A DNA stretch of 62,146 nt from a virus (Duplodnaviria > Caudoviricetes): IMG/VR virus record IMGVR_UViG_3300021091_000076, positions 1-62,146 of that record; one strand, 5' to 3'. A program made the translations under genes and the position numbers. Each line of letters starts with the position of its first letter. Positions within the stretch are counted from its first letter, which is position 1. This document shows, piece by piece, positions 18,948 to 28,729 of this stretch. The notes under the pieces were generated by a model, which was given only the letters and a program-made list of their open reading frames with translations, had not been told where the DNA came from and searched no databases.

Positions 18948-21900
18948 ATGGCACTAGTATCCCCAGGCGTAGAAGTTACGGTAATTGATGAGAGTTTTTA
19001 TACACCTGCTGAGCCAGGTACTGTTCCTCTTATCGTAGTAGCTACTGCAGAGAATAAATCAAATGCGGCAGGCACAGGCACTGCTGTAGGAACAACACAG
19101 GCCAATTCTGGCAAAGTGTTTAAGATCACAAGTCAACGAGAGCTTGTTGACACATTCGGTGTACCGTTCTTTGAAAAGACAGCAAGTTCAACACCAATCC
19201 ACGGATCAGAACGAAACGAATATGGTCTTCTAGCAGCTTACAGTTTGCTAGGAGTGTCTAATTCAGCTTTTATTGTTCGTGCTGATGTGAACCTAGATGA
19301 ATTAGAAGCACAGGCGACCGCTCCGGGAGCAGAACCTATCGATGGAACATGGTGGGTGGACACACAGGCAACAGCTTGGGGAATCCAAGAATGGAACGGA
19401 GCAGCAGCAACTACCACAGGCGGACAAAAATTCGCAGTTAAATTTCCAATCGTACTAACAGACGATGACGAATCTAAAGTATCATCTAATGCTCCACGAG
19501 ATTCTGTGGGGTCTATTGGGGATTATGCTGTAGTATTTCAAACTGTAGAAGGCACAGGTTCTTTTACAGCATCTAGAGAATTAGCAACCTTTTGGTATAA
19601 GTCACCAGGCGGAACTATTACTTCTACTAGCGGAGCAGTTGATGCAGGACAATGGGTATTAGTAGGAAGCCCAGAATGGAAAGCCAGTTGGCCAACTGTA
19701 TCCAGCACAACAACCACGGTACTGCCAGCCGGTGTACTAAAATTAAATGGAAATACTATTAATATTTCCGGCGGCGCATCAAGGGCTACGGTTGCATCAT
19801 CTATTAGTTCATTAGCTGAAGCACAGGGAATAAGCGCCAAAGCAGTAGGCGGTGGACTACAAATTTATGTAGACGGAGAAGACTCTAGTGCTGGCGATTC
19901 TACTTCGTCTTCTAAAGGTGCTTTAGACGTTGCAGGAGACGCTTCTGTATTAACAGCGTTAGGTATCACAGCTGGAACTTATTTTCCTCCATCATTACAA
20001 CAAACGCCACACACTCAAGTGCCTACTTGGAAATCAAATAGTGCAACACCAAGACCAAGTGGTTCAATATGGATCAAGACCACAGAACCAAATCAAGGTG
20101 CTCGTTGGAGAGTAAAGCGTTGGAACTCAGCCACTAAGACATGGATTGAGTACAGCGCACCTATATATGCTAACACAGAATCGGCCATATATTTCTTAGA
20201 TAGAAGTGGCGGTGGTCAAAATATTGCATCCGACAGTCTTTATGTTCAATCTAATTCGGATGGTGAACTAGGACAAGATGCTACAGCCAAATTCCGTATA
20301 TGGAAAAAGAAAGCATCGGGTGCTACCGTAATCAGATCTGCTGTGATTGAAGATAGTACATTGCCTGCAGGATCATACACATTCCAGGTAGCAGAAACAG
20401 TTGCTGGAGAAGCGGCACTAGCAGCAGATGTCACAGTTACTTTCACAGCTATATCTGGTTCGGGCTCAGGAGTCACTGATGCTAACGCTATCGCAGCAGC
20501 CATCAACGCTGCTGGTTTCACTCATGTAGAAGCCGAAGTAACAGCAGAAAATGAATTACAGATCAGTCATAAAGCAGGCGGAGATATTCATTTCACAGAT
20601 GGAACCGGCACACCTTTAGCAGATATTTTTGTACCTTATGACATAGAAGATGGCGAAGGTACAGTTAATTTTTATGATTTATCTAGTTTAGCCCCGGCAG
20701 ACCCTCATGATTATCTGGCATCTAATTTTATTGCATTAGCCGGCGACGAATTAAGATTTAGTGCATCACCAGATGAACCGCTAGCCGAACCAGAAGATGG
20801 ACAATTATGGTATACACCAAACTTCGGCGAAGTAGACATAATGGTGCATAATGGAGCTGTATGGGTAGGATATCAGCATTCTACAAGTCCATATTACGCG
20901 GCATCCGCAGGAGACAAAACAGATCCTGCAGGACCTATTGTTGCTGCTAGTATGCCAACTGTGCAAAGCGATGGTACACCTTTGAAAAATGGTGATCTAT
21001 GGATTAGCACAGCTGATTTAGAAAATTTTCCAACAATTTACAGATTCAATAACGACGGCGGCGCCACAGTTGCTGAAAAATGGCAGTTGATGGATAAGAC
21101 AGATCAAACTACAGAAGAAGGTGTTTTATTTGCAGATGCACGTTATGGAATCAGCGGTGCAACAGGCGACGAAGCAGGCACGATCAAAGAATTGCTAACA
21201 AGTAATTATGTAGATCCCGATTGTCCCGACCCAGATCTATATCCAAAAGGTATGTTGCTATGGAATCTGCGTAGAAGTGGCGGCAATGTCAAGCGTTATG
21301 CAAACAATTACATCAATACAGCACAAGATAACGTTCGCTTTGATTCTACCAACTCACCGTTGGGATCATTTACTTCAGGTGAAGGTATGAGCGGATACGC
21401 AACCGATCGTTGGGTAACAGCATCACCGAATAATGAAGATGGTTCTGGTAGCTTTGGACGCAAAGCTCAACGTGCTTTAATAGTTCAAAAATTAAAGAGC
21501 GTTATCGATACTAGTGCAGAGGCTAGAGATGAAGAGCGTAGAAATTTCAACATTATCGCTTGCCCAGGATATCCAGAAGCATTCAGTAACCTGATTAATC
21601 TAAACATTGATCGCGGTCTTACAGCGTTTGTAGTTGGCGACAGTCCATTGCGTTTACCAGCAGATGCCACTAGCCTAACAGCATGGGGTACCAATGCTAA
21701 TGGCGCACTAGACAATGGTGACATCGGTATCGTTAGCTATGACGAATATTCCGCAGTCTATTATCCGAACGGATTTACCACAGACTTAGGTGGTGCAAAT
21801 GCTGTGGTTCCAGCTAGTCATATGATGCTAAGAACAATAGCTCTAAGCGATCAGGTCAGCTATCCATGGTTCGCACCAGCAGGTACTAGACGCGGCGGTA

Positions 21901-22391
21901 TTACAAATGCTACAGCAGTTGGCTATATCGATGCCGACACTGGCGAATTCCAAAGTGTTGCACTGAACGAAGGTCAAAGAGATACACTATATGATTTAAA
22001 AGTAAATCCAATTCCGTTCTTTGTTGGGGTCGGTTTAGTTGCATACGGTCAAAAAACTCGTGCAAGAAATGCGTCTGCACTAGACAGAATCAACGTAGCA
22101 CGTTTAGTGGTGTACCTACGCAGTCAGCTAAACAAACTAGCTCGTCCGTATATCTTCGAACCTAACGATAAGATCACTAGAGATGAAATCAAAGGTGCTG
22201 TTGAGAGCTTATTACTTGAATTGGTAGGTTTGAGAGCTCTATATGACTTCGCAGTTGTTTGCGATGAGTCAAACAATACGCCAAGCAGAATTGATCGTAA
22301 CGAATTGTATGTCGATATCGCAATTGAGCCAACTAAGGCAGTTGAGTTTATTTACATTCCATTGCGTGTCAAGAACACAGGAGAGATTTAA
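18948..22391 (+). CDS. gp18: Contractile tail sheath protein
   Basis: LVSPGVEVTVIDES, YPWFAPAGTRRG, ALDRINVARL, FEPND, VVCDESNNTP and EFIYI motifs. Confidence 0.95.
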   Translation: MALVSPGVEVTVIDESFYTPAEPGTVPLIVVATAENKSNAAGTGTAVGTTQANSGKVFKITSQRELVDTFGVPFFEKTASSTPIHGSERNEYGLLAAYSLLGVSNSAFIVRADVNLDELEAQATAPGAEPIDGTWWVDTQATAWGIQEWNGAAATTTGGQKFAVKFPIVLTDDDESKVSSNAPRDSVGSIGDYAVVFQTVEGTGSFTASRELATFWYKSPGGTITSTSGAVDAGQWVLVGSPEWKASWPTVSSTTTTVLPAGVLKLNGNTINISGGASRATVASSISSLAEAQGISAKAVGGGLQIYVDGEDSSAGDSTSSSKGALDVAGDASVLTALGITAGTYFPPSLQQTPHTQVPTWKSNSATPRPSGSIWIKTTEPNQGARWRVKRWNSATKTWIEYSAPIYANTESAIYFLDRSGGGQNIASDSLYVQSNSDGELGQDATAKFRIWKKKASGATVIRSAVIEDSTLPAGSYTFQVAETVAGEAALAADVTVTFTAISGSGSGVTDANAIAAAINAAGFTHVEAEVTAENELQISHKAGGDIHFTDGTGTPLADIFVPYDIEDGEGTVNFYDLSSLAPADPHDYLASNFIALAGDELRFSASPDEPLAEPEDGQLWYTPNFGEVDIMVHNGAVWVGYQHSTSPYYAASAGDKTDPAGPIVAASMPTVQSDGTPLKNGDLWISTADLENFPTIYRFNNDGGATVAEKWQLMDKTDQTTEEGVLFADARYGISGATGDEAGTIKELLTSNYVDPDCPDPDLYPKGMLLWNLRRSGGNVKRYANNYINTAQDNVRFDSTNSPLGSFTSGEGMSGYATDRWVTASPNNEDGSGSFGRKAQRALIVQKLKSVIDTSAEARDEERRNFNIIACPGYPEAFSNLINLNIDRGLTAFVVGDSPLRLPADATSLTAWGTNANGALDNGDIGIVSYDEYSAVYYPNGFTTDLGGANAVVPASHMMLRTIALSDQVSYPWFAPAGTRRGGITNATAVGYIDADTGEFQSVALNEGQRDTLYDLKVNPIPFFVGVGLVAYGQKTRARNASALDRINVARLVVYLRSQLNKLARPYIFEPNDKITRDEIKGAVESLLLELVGLRALYDFAVVCDESNNTPSRIDRNELYVDIAIEPTKAVEFIYIPLRVKNTGEI

Positions 22392-22393
22392 AA

Positions 22394-23029
22394 ATGGCAC
22401 TAACTTCATTAAATAGGATTTCGATTCCACCAGCAGGCGGTAATTCAGGTACCGCTCTGCTAATGCCAAAGCTCAAGTATCGATTTAGAGTGATCCTTTT
22501 AGGATTTGGAGTTGAGGCCAGCACTGAATTGACCAAACAGGTCGCTGATGTCAAAAGACCTAATGTGTCTTTTGAAGAAATGACCATAGACATTTACAAC
22601 TCAAAGGTAAAACTAGCAGGTAAGCCGAGCTGGGAAGATGTAACCATTAATCTAAGAGACGATGCCAACGGTCAAATCCAAAAACTTGTGGGTCAACAGA
22701 TTCAGAAGCAATATGACTTTATGGAACAGGCGTCTGCACGTTCTGGTATTGATTATAAGTTCCAAATGAACATCGAAACCTTAGACGGCGGTAACGGTGC
22801 ATTTGAACCGGCAGTATTAGAAAAATGGGAACTATACGGATGTTTCGTTAGCGGAGCAGATTACGGCGAACAGAATTACGGTACTAACGAACCAATGACT
22901 ATCGCATTGACTATCAAGTACGACAATGCTGTACAGTTTGCTGGTCCTACTGGTTCCGGTATTGATCGTGGTGTCGGTGCCCTAGTTGGTAGAACGATTA
23001 GAGACGCAGTCACAGGACGTTCAGCTTAA
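22394..23029 (+). CDS. gp19: Tail tube protein
   Basis: PKLKYRFRV, KLAGKPSWEDVTI and WELYGCF...LTIKYD motifs. Follows the sheath gene. Confidence 0.9.
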   Translation: MALTSLNRISIPPAGGNSGTALLMPKLKYRFRVILLGFGVEASTELTKQVADVKRPNVSFEEMTIDIYNSKVKLAGKPSWEDVTINLRDDANGQIQKLVGQQIQKQYDFMEQASARSGIDYKFQMNIETLDGGNGAFEPAVLEKWELYGCFVSGADYGEQNYGTNEPMTIALTIKYDNAVQFAGPTGSGIDRGVGALVGRTIRDAVTGRSA

Positions 23030-23050
23030 ATTTAATTCTAGATTGAAAAT

Positions 23051-23080
23051 AAAAAACCTGGTTAAAACCCAGGTTTTTTT
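23051..23080 (+). terminator. Intrinsic terminator
   Basis: AAAAAACCTGG-TTAAAAC-CCAGGTTTTTTT. Confidence 0.8.
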
Positions 23081-23086
23081 ATGGCA

Positions 23087-23092
23087 TAAATA
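23087..23092 (+). promoter_or_regulatory. Late promoter box, leaderless spacing
   Basis: TAAATA-TTTGT-ATG(23098). Confidence 0.75.
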
Positions 23093-23097
23093 TTTGT

Positions 23098-24225
23098 ATG
23101 GCAAATAAATTTACAAGATTTCTATCGGGACAAGGCGGCAGCAGTGCGGTGGGTAGATTCGTTAGCGGTGTACTAGGGGGATTAACTAACCCCAAAGGCG
23201 GCCTGGCAGATTACCGTCATGCATCTAAATTATTTTTACCTAATTATTACAGATTGGCACCTAGAACTAAATTTATGTTCTACGTGCGATTCGAAATTAG
23301 AAAATCAGTGCTTACATCTACTACGTTTTCAAACAAACACACTGATGAAATTGGTTACCTGATTAAGAGTTCAGATTTACCTAAGTATAAATTTGACACA
23401 GTGACAAAGAATCAATATAACAGAAAACATGTTATATATAAGAATTTTCAATACGAGCCATTGTCAATGAAATTTAGAGACGACAGCCACGGTGTGATGA
23501 ATGCCATGTGGGCTTTGTACATGGGCACGTATGTTCAAGACAGATTAAATCCTGAAAAGGCATTTTTTAAAACAAATTTGAGAACGACCGGATCAGTGGC
23601 AGATTCTTATAGATATGGTCTAGATAAGATAGGAAAAAACGATGACTTTTTTGAATCTATTACTATCTATACTATGAGTCGTAGACGATTTTTAGGATAT
23701 AAATTAATTAATCCTAAGATAACTAGTTGGCAACACGGAGATGTTGCTTACGATTCTAATGAATTCAACGACATGTCTATGAACATTGAATATGAATCTG
23801 TGTCATACGAATCAGGCGAAGTAGCCCCCGGCACACCAAAGGGTTTTGCCACACTTTATTATGATGCTGTACCAAGTCCGTTGACTGTGGCAGGCGGTGG
23901 CGTAAGTAATTTATTTGGAGAAGGTGGTGTACTAGATGGGTTAGAAAGTGTCTTTGGAGATATTGCTGGAGGAAATGCTTTTTCTAGTCCGGGAGCTTTT
24001 TTAGGCACAGCGATCAAGGCGTTAAACACCGCTAAAAACATAGGCGGCCTAACTAAAGAAGGAATCAGACAGCAAACCATAGGGTTGATTACAAGTCCGG
24101 CAGCACTCAGCGGTATAGTTAATACTGTAGGAGGCGTAGTCGGTGCAGCCTTTCCTAAAAATAATGGCGCCGATGCTACGGTTAAAGCCGTACAAAAAAG
24201 ATTAGCGCCGCCTCCAGGAGATTGA
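23098..24225 (+). CDS. Tail-tube-fold baseplate protein (gp48/gp54-like)
   Basis: DLPKYKF...NQYNRK, YEPLSMKFRDD and LINPKITSWQH...IEYE tube-like pattern. Confidence 0.65.
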   Translation: MANKFTRFLSGQGGSSAVGRFVSGVLGGLTNPKGGLADYRHASKLFLPNYYRLAPRTKFMFYVRFEIRKSVLTSTTFSNKHTDEIGYLIKSSDLPKYKFDTVTKNQYNRKHVIYKNFQYEPLSMKFRDDSHGVMNAMWALYMGTYVQDRLNPEKAFFKTNLRTTGSVADSYRYGLDKIGKNDDFFESITIYTMSRRRFLGYKLINPKITSWQHGDVAYDSNEFNDMSMNIEYESVSYESGEVAPGTPKGFATLYYDAVPSPLTVAGGGVSNLFGEGGVLDGLESVFGDIAGGNAFSSPGAFLGTAIKALNTAKNIGGLTKEGIRQQTIGLITSPAALSGIVNTVGGVVGAAFPKNNGADATVKAVQKRLAPPPGD

Positions 24226-24226
24226 T

Positions 24227-24595
24227 GTGTCAGCAAATATTCCAGTCCCGCCACAGGAAGATAGTGGAGCTGCTACCAAATTATTTTTTGACACATACGG
24301 CAAAACACCTTTAGAGTTTAACGCCAACGAAGTTACAGCGGCAATTGGTTTTTTCGAATCAGCAGGTTTCGATAAAGATGCAGCAGAAGTAACAGCAGCA
24401 GTTTTATTAAAACAGGCTAAATTAGATGGTGCTCCGGTTTTCAAACTTTTAGATACATTAAAAAAGTTAAGCGGCGTTCAATTAAGCGCATTAGTAGGGG
24501 AAATTCTAAACAATAACAGAGGATCAAGCAGCACACTAGGCTTTAGAATTGTCAACGTTGACAAAGAAAACCAAACTAGGAATATTTTTGCCTAA
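24227..24595 (+). CDS. Hypothetical protein
   Basis: 122-aa ORF with a GTG start, coupled to its neighbours. Confidence 0.65.
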   Translation: MSANIPVPPQEDSGAATKLFFDTYGKTPLEFNANEVTAAIGFFESAGFDKDAAEVTAAVLLKQAKLDGAPVFKLLDTLKKLSGVQLSALVGEILNNNRGSSSTLGFRIVNVDKENQTRNIFA

Positions 24596-25035
24596 TGGTT
24601 AAATTTGCTCAAGGTCGTTTTGAGATGAAGAACCCTGACAAATATGTAGGGAAGAAAACGCCTTTGGCTAGATCAAGTTGGGAATTCGTTTTCATGCGTA
24701 TGTTAGATGAACATCCCGGAGTTGAAAATTGGGCCAGCGAAAGTGTTCAGATACCTTATAGAGATCCCTTAACAGGAAAATATACCATATACGTGCCGGA
24801 CTTTTTTATAGTCTATAAAGATAAAAATGGTAAAAAACACGCAGAAGTCGTTGAAGTGAAGCCTGCTAGTCAAACATTAAGAGAACAAGTGGGTAAGAGT
24901 TTGTATAATCAAGAACAATATGTAAAAAATCTTGCCAAATGGGAAGCAGCAGTGGCGTGGTGCAAACAACAGGGTATTAGATTCAGGGTAATAAACGAGG
25001 GAGATATTTTCCATCAAGGTTCAAAACGTAGATAA
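24595..25035 (+). CDS. gp4: Head completion nuclease (T4 gp4-like, TnsA fold)
   Basis: NPDKYVG, RSSWE, WASE, YVPDF, VEVKP, NLAKWEAA and FRVINE motifs. Confidence 0.88.
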   Translation: MVKFAQGRFEMKNPDKYVGKKTPLARSSWEFVFMRMLDEHPGVENWASESVQIPYRDPLTGKYTIYVPDFFIVYKDKNGKKHAEVVEVKPASQTLREQVGKSLYNQEQYVKNLAKWEAAVAWCKQQGIRFRVINEGDIFHQGSKRR

Positions 25036-25042
25036 GTATACT

Positions 25043-25525
25043 ATGACCAAAAAATTAGAAGAATTATTCAATCTAGAAGAAAAGCCTAAAAAAGAATCTA
25101 CAGCTAAAATAAAAGAAGCAGTAGATCATCAAGAAGTGACTGATCTAGATGACAGCTATAAAGCGGTAGCTGCTCTTACCAAAGACCTTCCTGCTATCAG
25201 AGAATTAGACGATTTAGGTGAAAAAGAACTAGATGATTTAGCCAGTAAGGCCGAACAGGCTTATGATGATCTAATGGATCTTGGCATGAATGTAGAGGTA
25301 CGATATAGCGGACGTATTTTTGAAGTAGCAGGCACTATGATGAAAAATGCCATAGATGCTAAAAGTGCGAAAATAGAAAAAAAGCTCAAAGCTATAGATC
25401 TACAGTTAAAAAAATATAAAATAGACAAGGATAACAACGAAGATCCCAACGATATAATCAATGGACAAGGTTATGTTATATCAGATCGTAATGAACTACT
25501 CAAAAGATTAGGTAAAAAGGAATAA
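25043..25525 (+). CDS. Hypothetical protein, possible terminase small subunit
   Basis: Helical, with GRIFEVA and a C-terminal DRNELLK pattern. Lies upstream of the large terminase. Preceded by TAAGTA-N4-ATG. Confidence 0.5.
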   Translation: MTKKLEELFNLEEKPKKESTAKIKEAVDHQEVTDLDDSYKAVAALTKDLPAIRELDDLGEKELDDLASKAEQAYDDLMDLGMNVEVRYSGRIFEVAGTMMKNAIDAKSAKIEKKLKAIDLQLKKYKIDKDNNEDPNDIINGQGYVISDRNELLKRLGKKE

Positions 25526-25533
25526 ATATACAT

Positions 25534-26046
25534 ATGAAAACTTTTAAAGAATACCTTTTTGAAAGCAAAAAAACCTATAGCTTTAAAATTAAAGTAGCGG
25601 GCGATTTGCCAGAATCTTTCCAAGAAAAACTAAAAACTTCATTAGATCGTTGCAGTGTAATGAAGTTATCAAAAACCGGCACTAGCCCTATACAATCATT
25701 GCCATTAGATTTTCCTACCAAGAAAAATTGTGAAGTTCATATGTTTGAAGTAACCTGTGAATACCCAATTACTGCTCCTGAAATCGCATTAGATGTTAAA
25801 TCTATGGGCATCGATGATGAAAGTTTTAGAGTACGGGGCAGCGACGAACCTTACGAAGAAGAAGTAGTGCAGGAAGTAGCTAAAATCAATCACAAAGATT
25901 ATTTCGGTGCTGATTTTAACAAAGGATTTCTTAAAGAGTTAAGCAAGACGGCCAAACAGCGTCAAAAAGATGGCGTACAAACAGAATACAAGTTGCCTAA
26001 GGCCAAACAAGATAAAGCAGGTGCAAAAAGCGCCTTAGGGAGTTAA
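25534..26046 (+). CDS. Hypothetical head-internal protein
   Basis: N-terminus MKTFKEYLFE resembles the T4 capsid-targeting sequence. Preceded by TAAATA-N5-ATG. Confidence 0.65.
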   Translation: MKTFKEYLFESKKTYSFKIKVAGDLPESFQEKLKTSLDRCSVMKLSKTGTSPIQSLPLDFPTKKNCEVHMFEVTCEYPITAPEIALDVKSMGIDDESFRVRGSDEPYEEEVVQEVAKINHKDYFGADFNKGFLKELSKTAKQRQKDGVQTEYKLPKAKQDKAGAKSALGS

Positions 26047-26047
26047 C

Positions 26048-26719
26048 ATGAATTTTCAACAACTATTAGCCAAGATGCAACAATTAGATCAACCTGTGGC
26101 CGAAACTATTCCTGCAGAAAACTGCGGTAGTCCAATGCCAGGTATGCAGTCTCCAATGGATCAACCTCCTCCTGCACATCCTAGTCTAAGCATTAATTTA
26201 AATGCTCAGGGAATGGACAACATCGAACAGATCATGAAATTGGTAGCTAAGGTCAATCCAGATATGGCGAAACCAGACATGCCTCCGTTACCATCGGTGA
26301 GCCCAGAAACTAGCATCATGAGTATCAAACCAGAAATGCCTCCCATCAAGATGCTGCCTGACTTAGATAAAGAAGGCGATCATCCTGAACCAGATGCAGA
26401 TAATAAAATCGATATCATTCAAAAATCTATGGGAGATGTTGACGGTGATGGTGACCACGATATGGACGACCATGACGCTGAAGACGACGAAAAGAAAAAA
26501 GACGAGTGGGCTAACGGTCTAGCCGGACATGATGATGTAGATTACAAAGGCATGGATGCTGCTGTTCCCGACGGCAACGATTTGCATAAACCAAAGAAAA
26601 GTTACAGTGACAGGCCATATAGAGGAGATAATCCTATGGCTGCAGAAGGCACAGATCTACGTTCACAGATTCGTGCAGAATTATTAAGAAGATTAAACGA
26701 GTCAAAGGGAGTTAAATAA
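26048..26719 (+). CDS. Hypothetical acidic, Pro/Met-rich protein (scaffold-like)
   Basis: Low complexity, with a DVDGDGDHD DxDxDG loop. Confidence 0.6.
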   Translation: MNFQQLLAKMQQLDQPVAETIPAENCGSPMPGMQSPMDQPPPAHPSLSINLNAQGMDNIEQIMKLVAKVNPDMAKPDMPPLPSVSPETSIMSIKPEMPPIKMLPDLDKEGDHPEPDADNKIDIIQKSMGDVDGDGDHDMDDHDAEDDEKKKDEWANGLAGHDDVDYKGMDAAVPDGNDLHKPKKSYSDRPYRGDNPMAAEGTDLRSQIRAELLRRLNESKGVK

Positions 26720-27075
26720 TGGCGGCATTCACTAGAGTAAACGGTCTAAGAAATACCGTAGGAACATTATATATGGATAATTGTAATATGTTTGTTATCC
26801 AGGTACAGAACGTTTCTAACAGTAACAGAGATCTTCGCGCTGAAGATGATGCTGTAGACGAAGCTGTAGAATTTCTAGTCAAAGAATTAAACCCATTGGC
26901 ATTTTTTGTAGTAGATGCAGCCACTGGTCTAGTCTATGTGGTTATGGACAAAAATGTCTCCAGTGCAGCCGAGTTACAAACACGTATTCGTAACATGGGA
27001 TCATCAGTAGGTGTTAACGCTGTCGATTTTAGAGGTACAGACGTAACTCTAGCTACTTCGTTAACATTAGCCTAA
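26719..27075 (+). CDS. Hypothetical virion protein
   Basis: 118-aa ORF with a GGGAG RBS and a TAATG overlap, followed by a terminator. Confidence 0.65.
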   Translation: MAAFTRVNGLRNTVGTLYMDNCNMFVIQVQNVSNSNRDLRAEDDAVDEAVEFLVKELNPLAFFVVDAATGLVYVVMDKNVSSAAELQTRIRNMGSSVGVNAVDFRGTDVTLATSLTLA

Positions 27076-27088
27076 GTTAATCAACTTC

Positions 27089-27116
27089 AAATAGGGCCGG
27101 AAGGCCCTATTTTTTT
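27089..27116 (+). terminator. Intrinsic terminator
   Basis: AAATAGGGCC-GGAA-GGCCCTATTTTTTT. Confidence 0.88.
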
Positions 27117-27119
27117 CAT

Positions 27120-27125
27120 TAAATA
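27120..27125 (+). promoter_or_regulatory. Late promoter box, leaderless spacing
   Basis: TAAATA-AGAGT-ATG(27131). Confidence 0.75.
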
Positions 27126-27130
27126 AGAGT

Positions 27131-28717
27131 ATGGCAAAAAGTCTAGACGGTAATTTAATTAAAAAAGCTCACGCCCCTCAAAAATACACACTTGAGGAAG
27201 TCAAGCATCTTGAAGCATGTATGGATCCAAATGACGGACCTCTGTACTTCATGAAAAATTTTTTAAAGATACAACATCCGACTAGAGGATCAATTTCATT
27301 CGCACCGTATGAATATCAAGTAAGATTAATAGAGGCATATCATAATCATAAAGATGTTATAGCAATGCTACCAAGACAGATGGGAAAAACTACCTGTGCT
27401 GTAGGATATCTTTTATGGTTTACACAATTTGTTCCTGAATCGCAAATTCTAATCGCTGCCCACAAATATGAAGGTGCGCAAGATATAATGAATCGCTATC
27501 GATTTGGATATGAAAATCTACCTGACTTTATCCGTGCCGGTGTTTACAGTTATAATCGTAATACGATTGAATACGACAATGGTTGTAGAATACAAGCAAC
27601 AACAACTACAGAAAACACAGGTCGTGGTAAATCATTATCACTGATTTACTGCGACGAGTTCGCATTTGTGCAGCCGCCAGAAAAAGCCAAAGAATTCTGG
27701 ACAGCACTATCGCCAACATTATCTACAGGCGGCCGTGCTATAATCACATCTACTCCAAACTCGGACGAGGATCAATTCGCAATGATCTGGACCGAAGCAA
27801 ACAATAAATTTGACGAGTATGGTAATGAACAAGAATTAGGTGTCAATGGATTCTTTTCTTATTATGCACACTGGCACGAGCATCCTGACAGAGATGAAAA
27901 CTGGGCAAAGACTGAGAGAGCTAAGATTGGCGAAGAGCGTTTTCGTAGAGAATTCGATTGTGAATTCTTGATTTTTGATGAAACCCTTATAAATGCAGTC
28001 AAACTTGCGGATTTAAAAGGTATAGAACCAACATTGACCATGGGTCAAACTCGTTGGTATAAAGACATTGATCCTAGGGCCACTTATTTGGTTGCTTTAG
28101 ATCCATCTATGGGAACTGGCGGAGACTATTCTGCTATACAGGTTTTTGAAATGCCGTCCATGATTCAGGTAGCAGAGTGGCACCATAATCTTACGCCAGT
28201 ACAGAATCAGACTAAACATCTGCGTGAAATTTGTAAGTACATACAGGATAGAGGAGCAGAAAAAGGCGGGCATCCCCAGATTTATTATTCTGTAGAAAAT
28301 AATACAGTTGGTGAAAGTGCGTTAGTGTGTATACAAAATATAGGAGAAGAAAATATTCCTGGTCTTTTCCTTAGCGAACCTATACGTAAAGGTCATGTCC
28401 GAAGATTCCGAAAGGGTTTTAATACTACACACAAAAGCAAAATAGCTGCATGTAGTCAATTCAAACACATGCTAGAAACAAATAAAATGACCATTTATAG
28501 CAAACCCTTTATATCAGAGCTAAAAAATTACGTAGCTAACGGTATAGGATTTAGGGCTAAAACAGGAGAAAACGACGATTTAATTTCGTCAGTTTTATTA
28601 ATCGTAAGAATGGCCGGGATACTTAGTGATTGGGATCCTAAAATCTATGAAAAAATGACAGACAAACTCACCGAAGATCAAATGCCAATGCCTATATTCG
28701 TAAGCACAGGATTTTGA
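27131..28717 (+). CDS. gp17: Terminase large subunit
   Basis: PRQMGKTT Walker A, IYCDEFAF Walker B, ITSTPN, the nuclease motif ALDPSMGTGGDYS and NDDLI. Confidence 0.95.
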   Translation: MAKSLDGNLIKKAHAPQKYTLEEVKHLEACMDPNDGPLYFMKNFLKIQHPTRGSISFAPYEYQVRLIEAYHNHKDVIAMLPRQMGKTTCAVGYLLWFTQFVPESQILIAAHKYEGAQDIMNRYRFGYENLPDFIRAGVYSYNRNTIEYDNGCRIQATTTTENTGRGKSLSLIYCDEFAFVQPPEKAKEFWTALSPTLSTGGRAIITSTPNSDEDQFAMIWTEANNKFDEYGNEQELGVNGFFSYYAHWHEHPDRDENWAKTERAKIGEERFRREFDCEFLIFDETLINAVKLADLKGIEPTLTMGQTRWYKDIDPRATYLVALDPSMGTGGDYSAIQVFEMPSMIQVAEWHHNLTPVQNQTKHLREICKYIQDRGAEKGGHPQIYYSVENNTVGESALVCIQNIGEENIPGLFLSEPIRKGHVRRFRKGFNTTHKSKIAACSQFKHMLETNKMTIYSKPFISELKNYVANGIGFRAKTGENDDLISSVLLIVRMAGILSDWDPKIYEKMTDKLTEDQMPMPIFVSTGF

Positions 28718-28729
28718 ATAAATACAACT

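Noticed and set aside
18919-18948. Apparent uORF MSNYYQENK ending on the sheath ATG (tail of track ORF 18742..18948)
   Set aside because: Its ATG is only 2 nt after the late box, upstream of the expected +1. The sheath gene has its own AGGAG RBS.
24595-25035. TnsA-like nuclease as evidence of a Tn7 element
   Set aside because: Motifs and context match the T4 gp4 head completion protein, and there are no tnsB/tnsC genes or transposon ends.
26713-26718. TAAATA immediately before ATG 26719
   Set aside because: The spacing is zero. It arises from the codons GTT AAA TAA of the upstream gene, and an SD is present.
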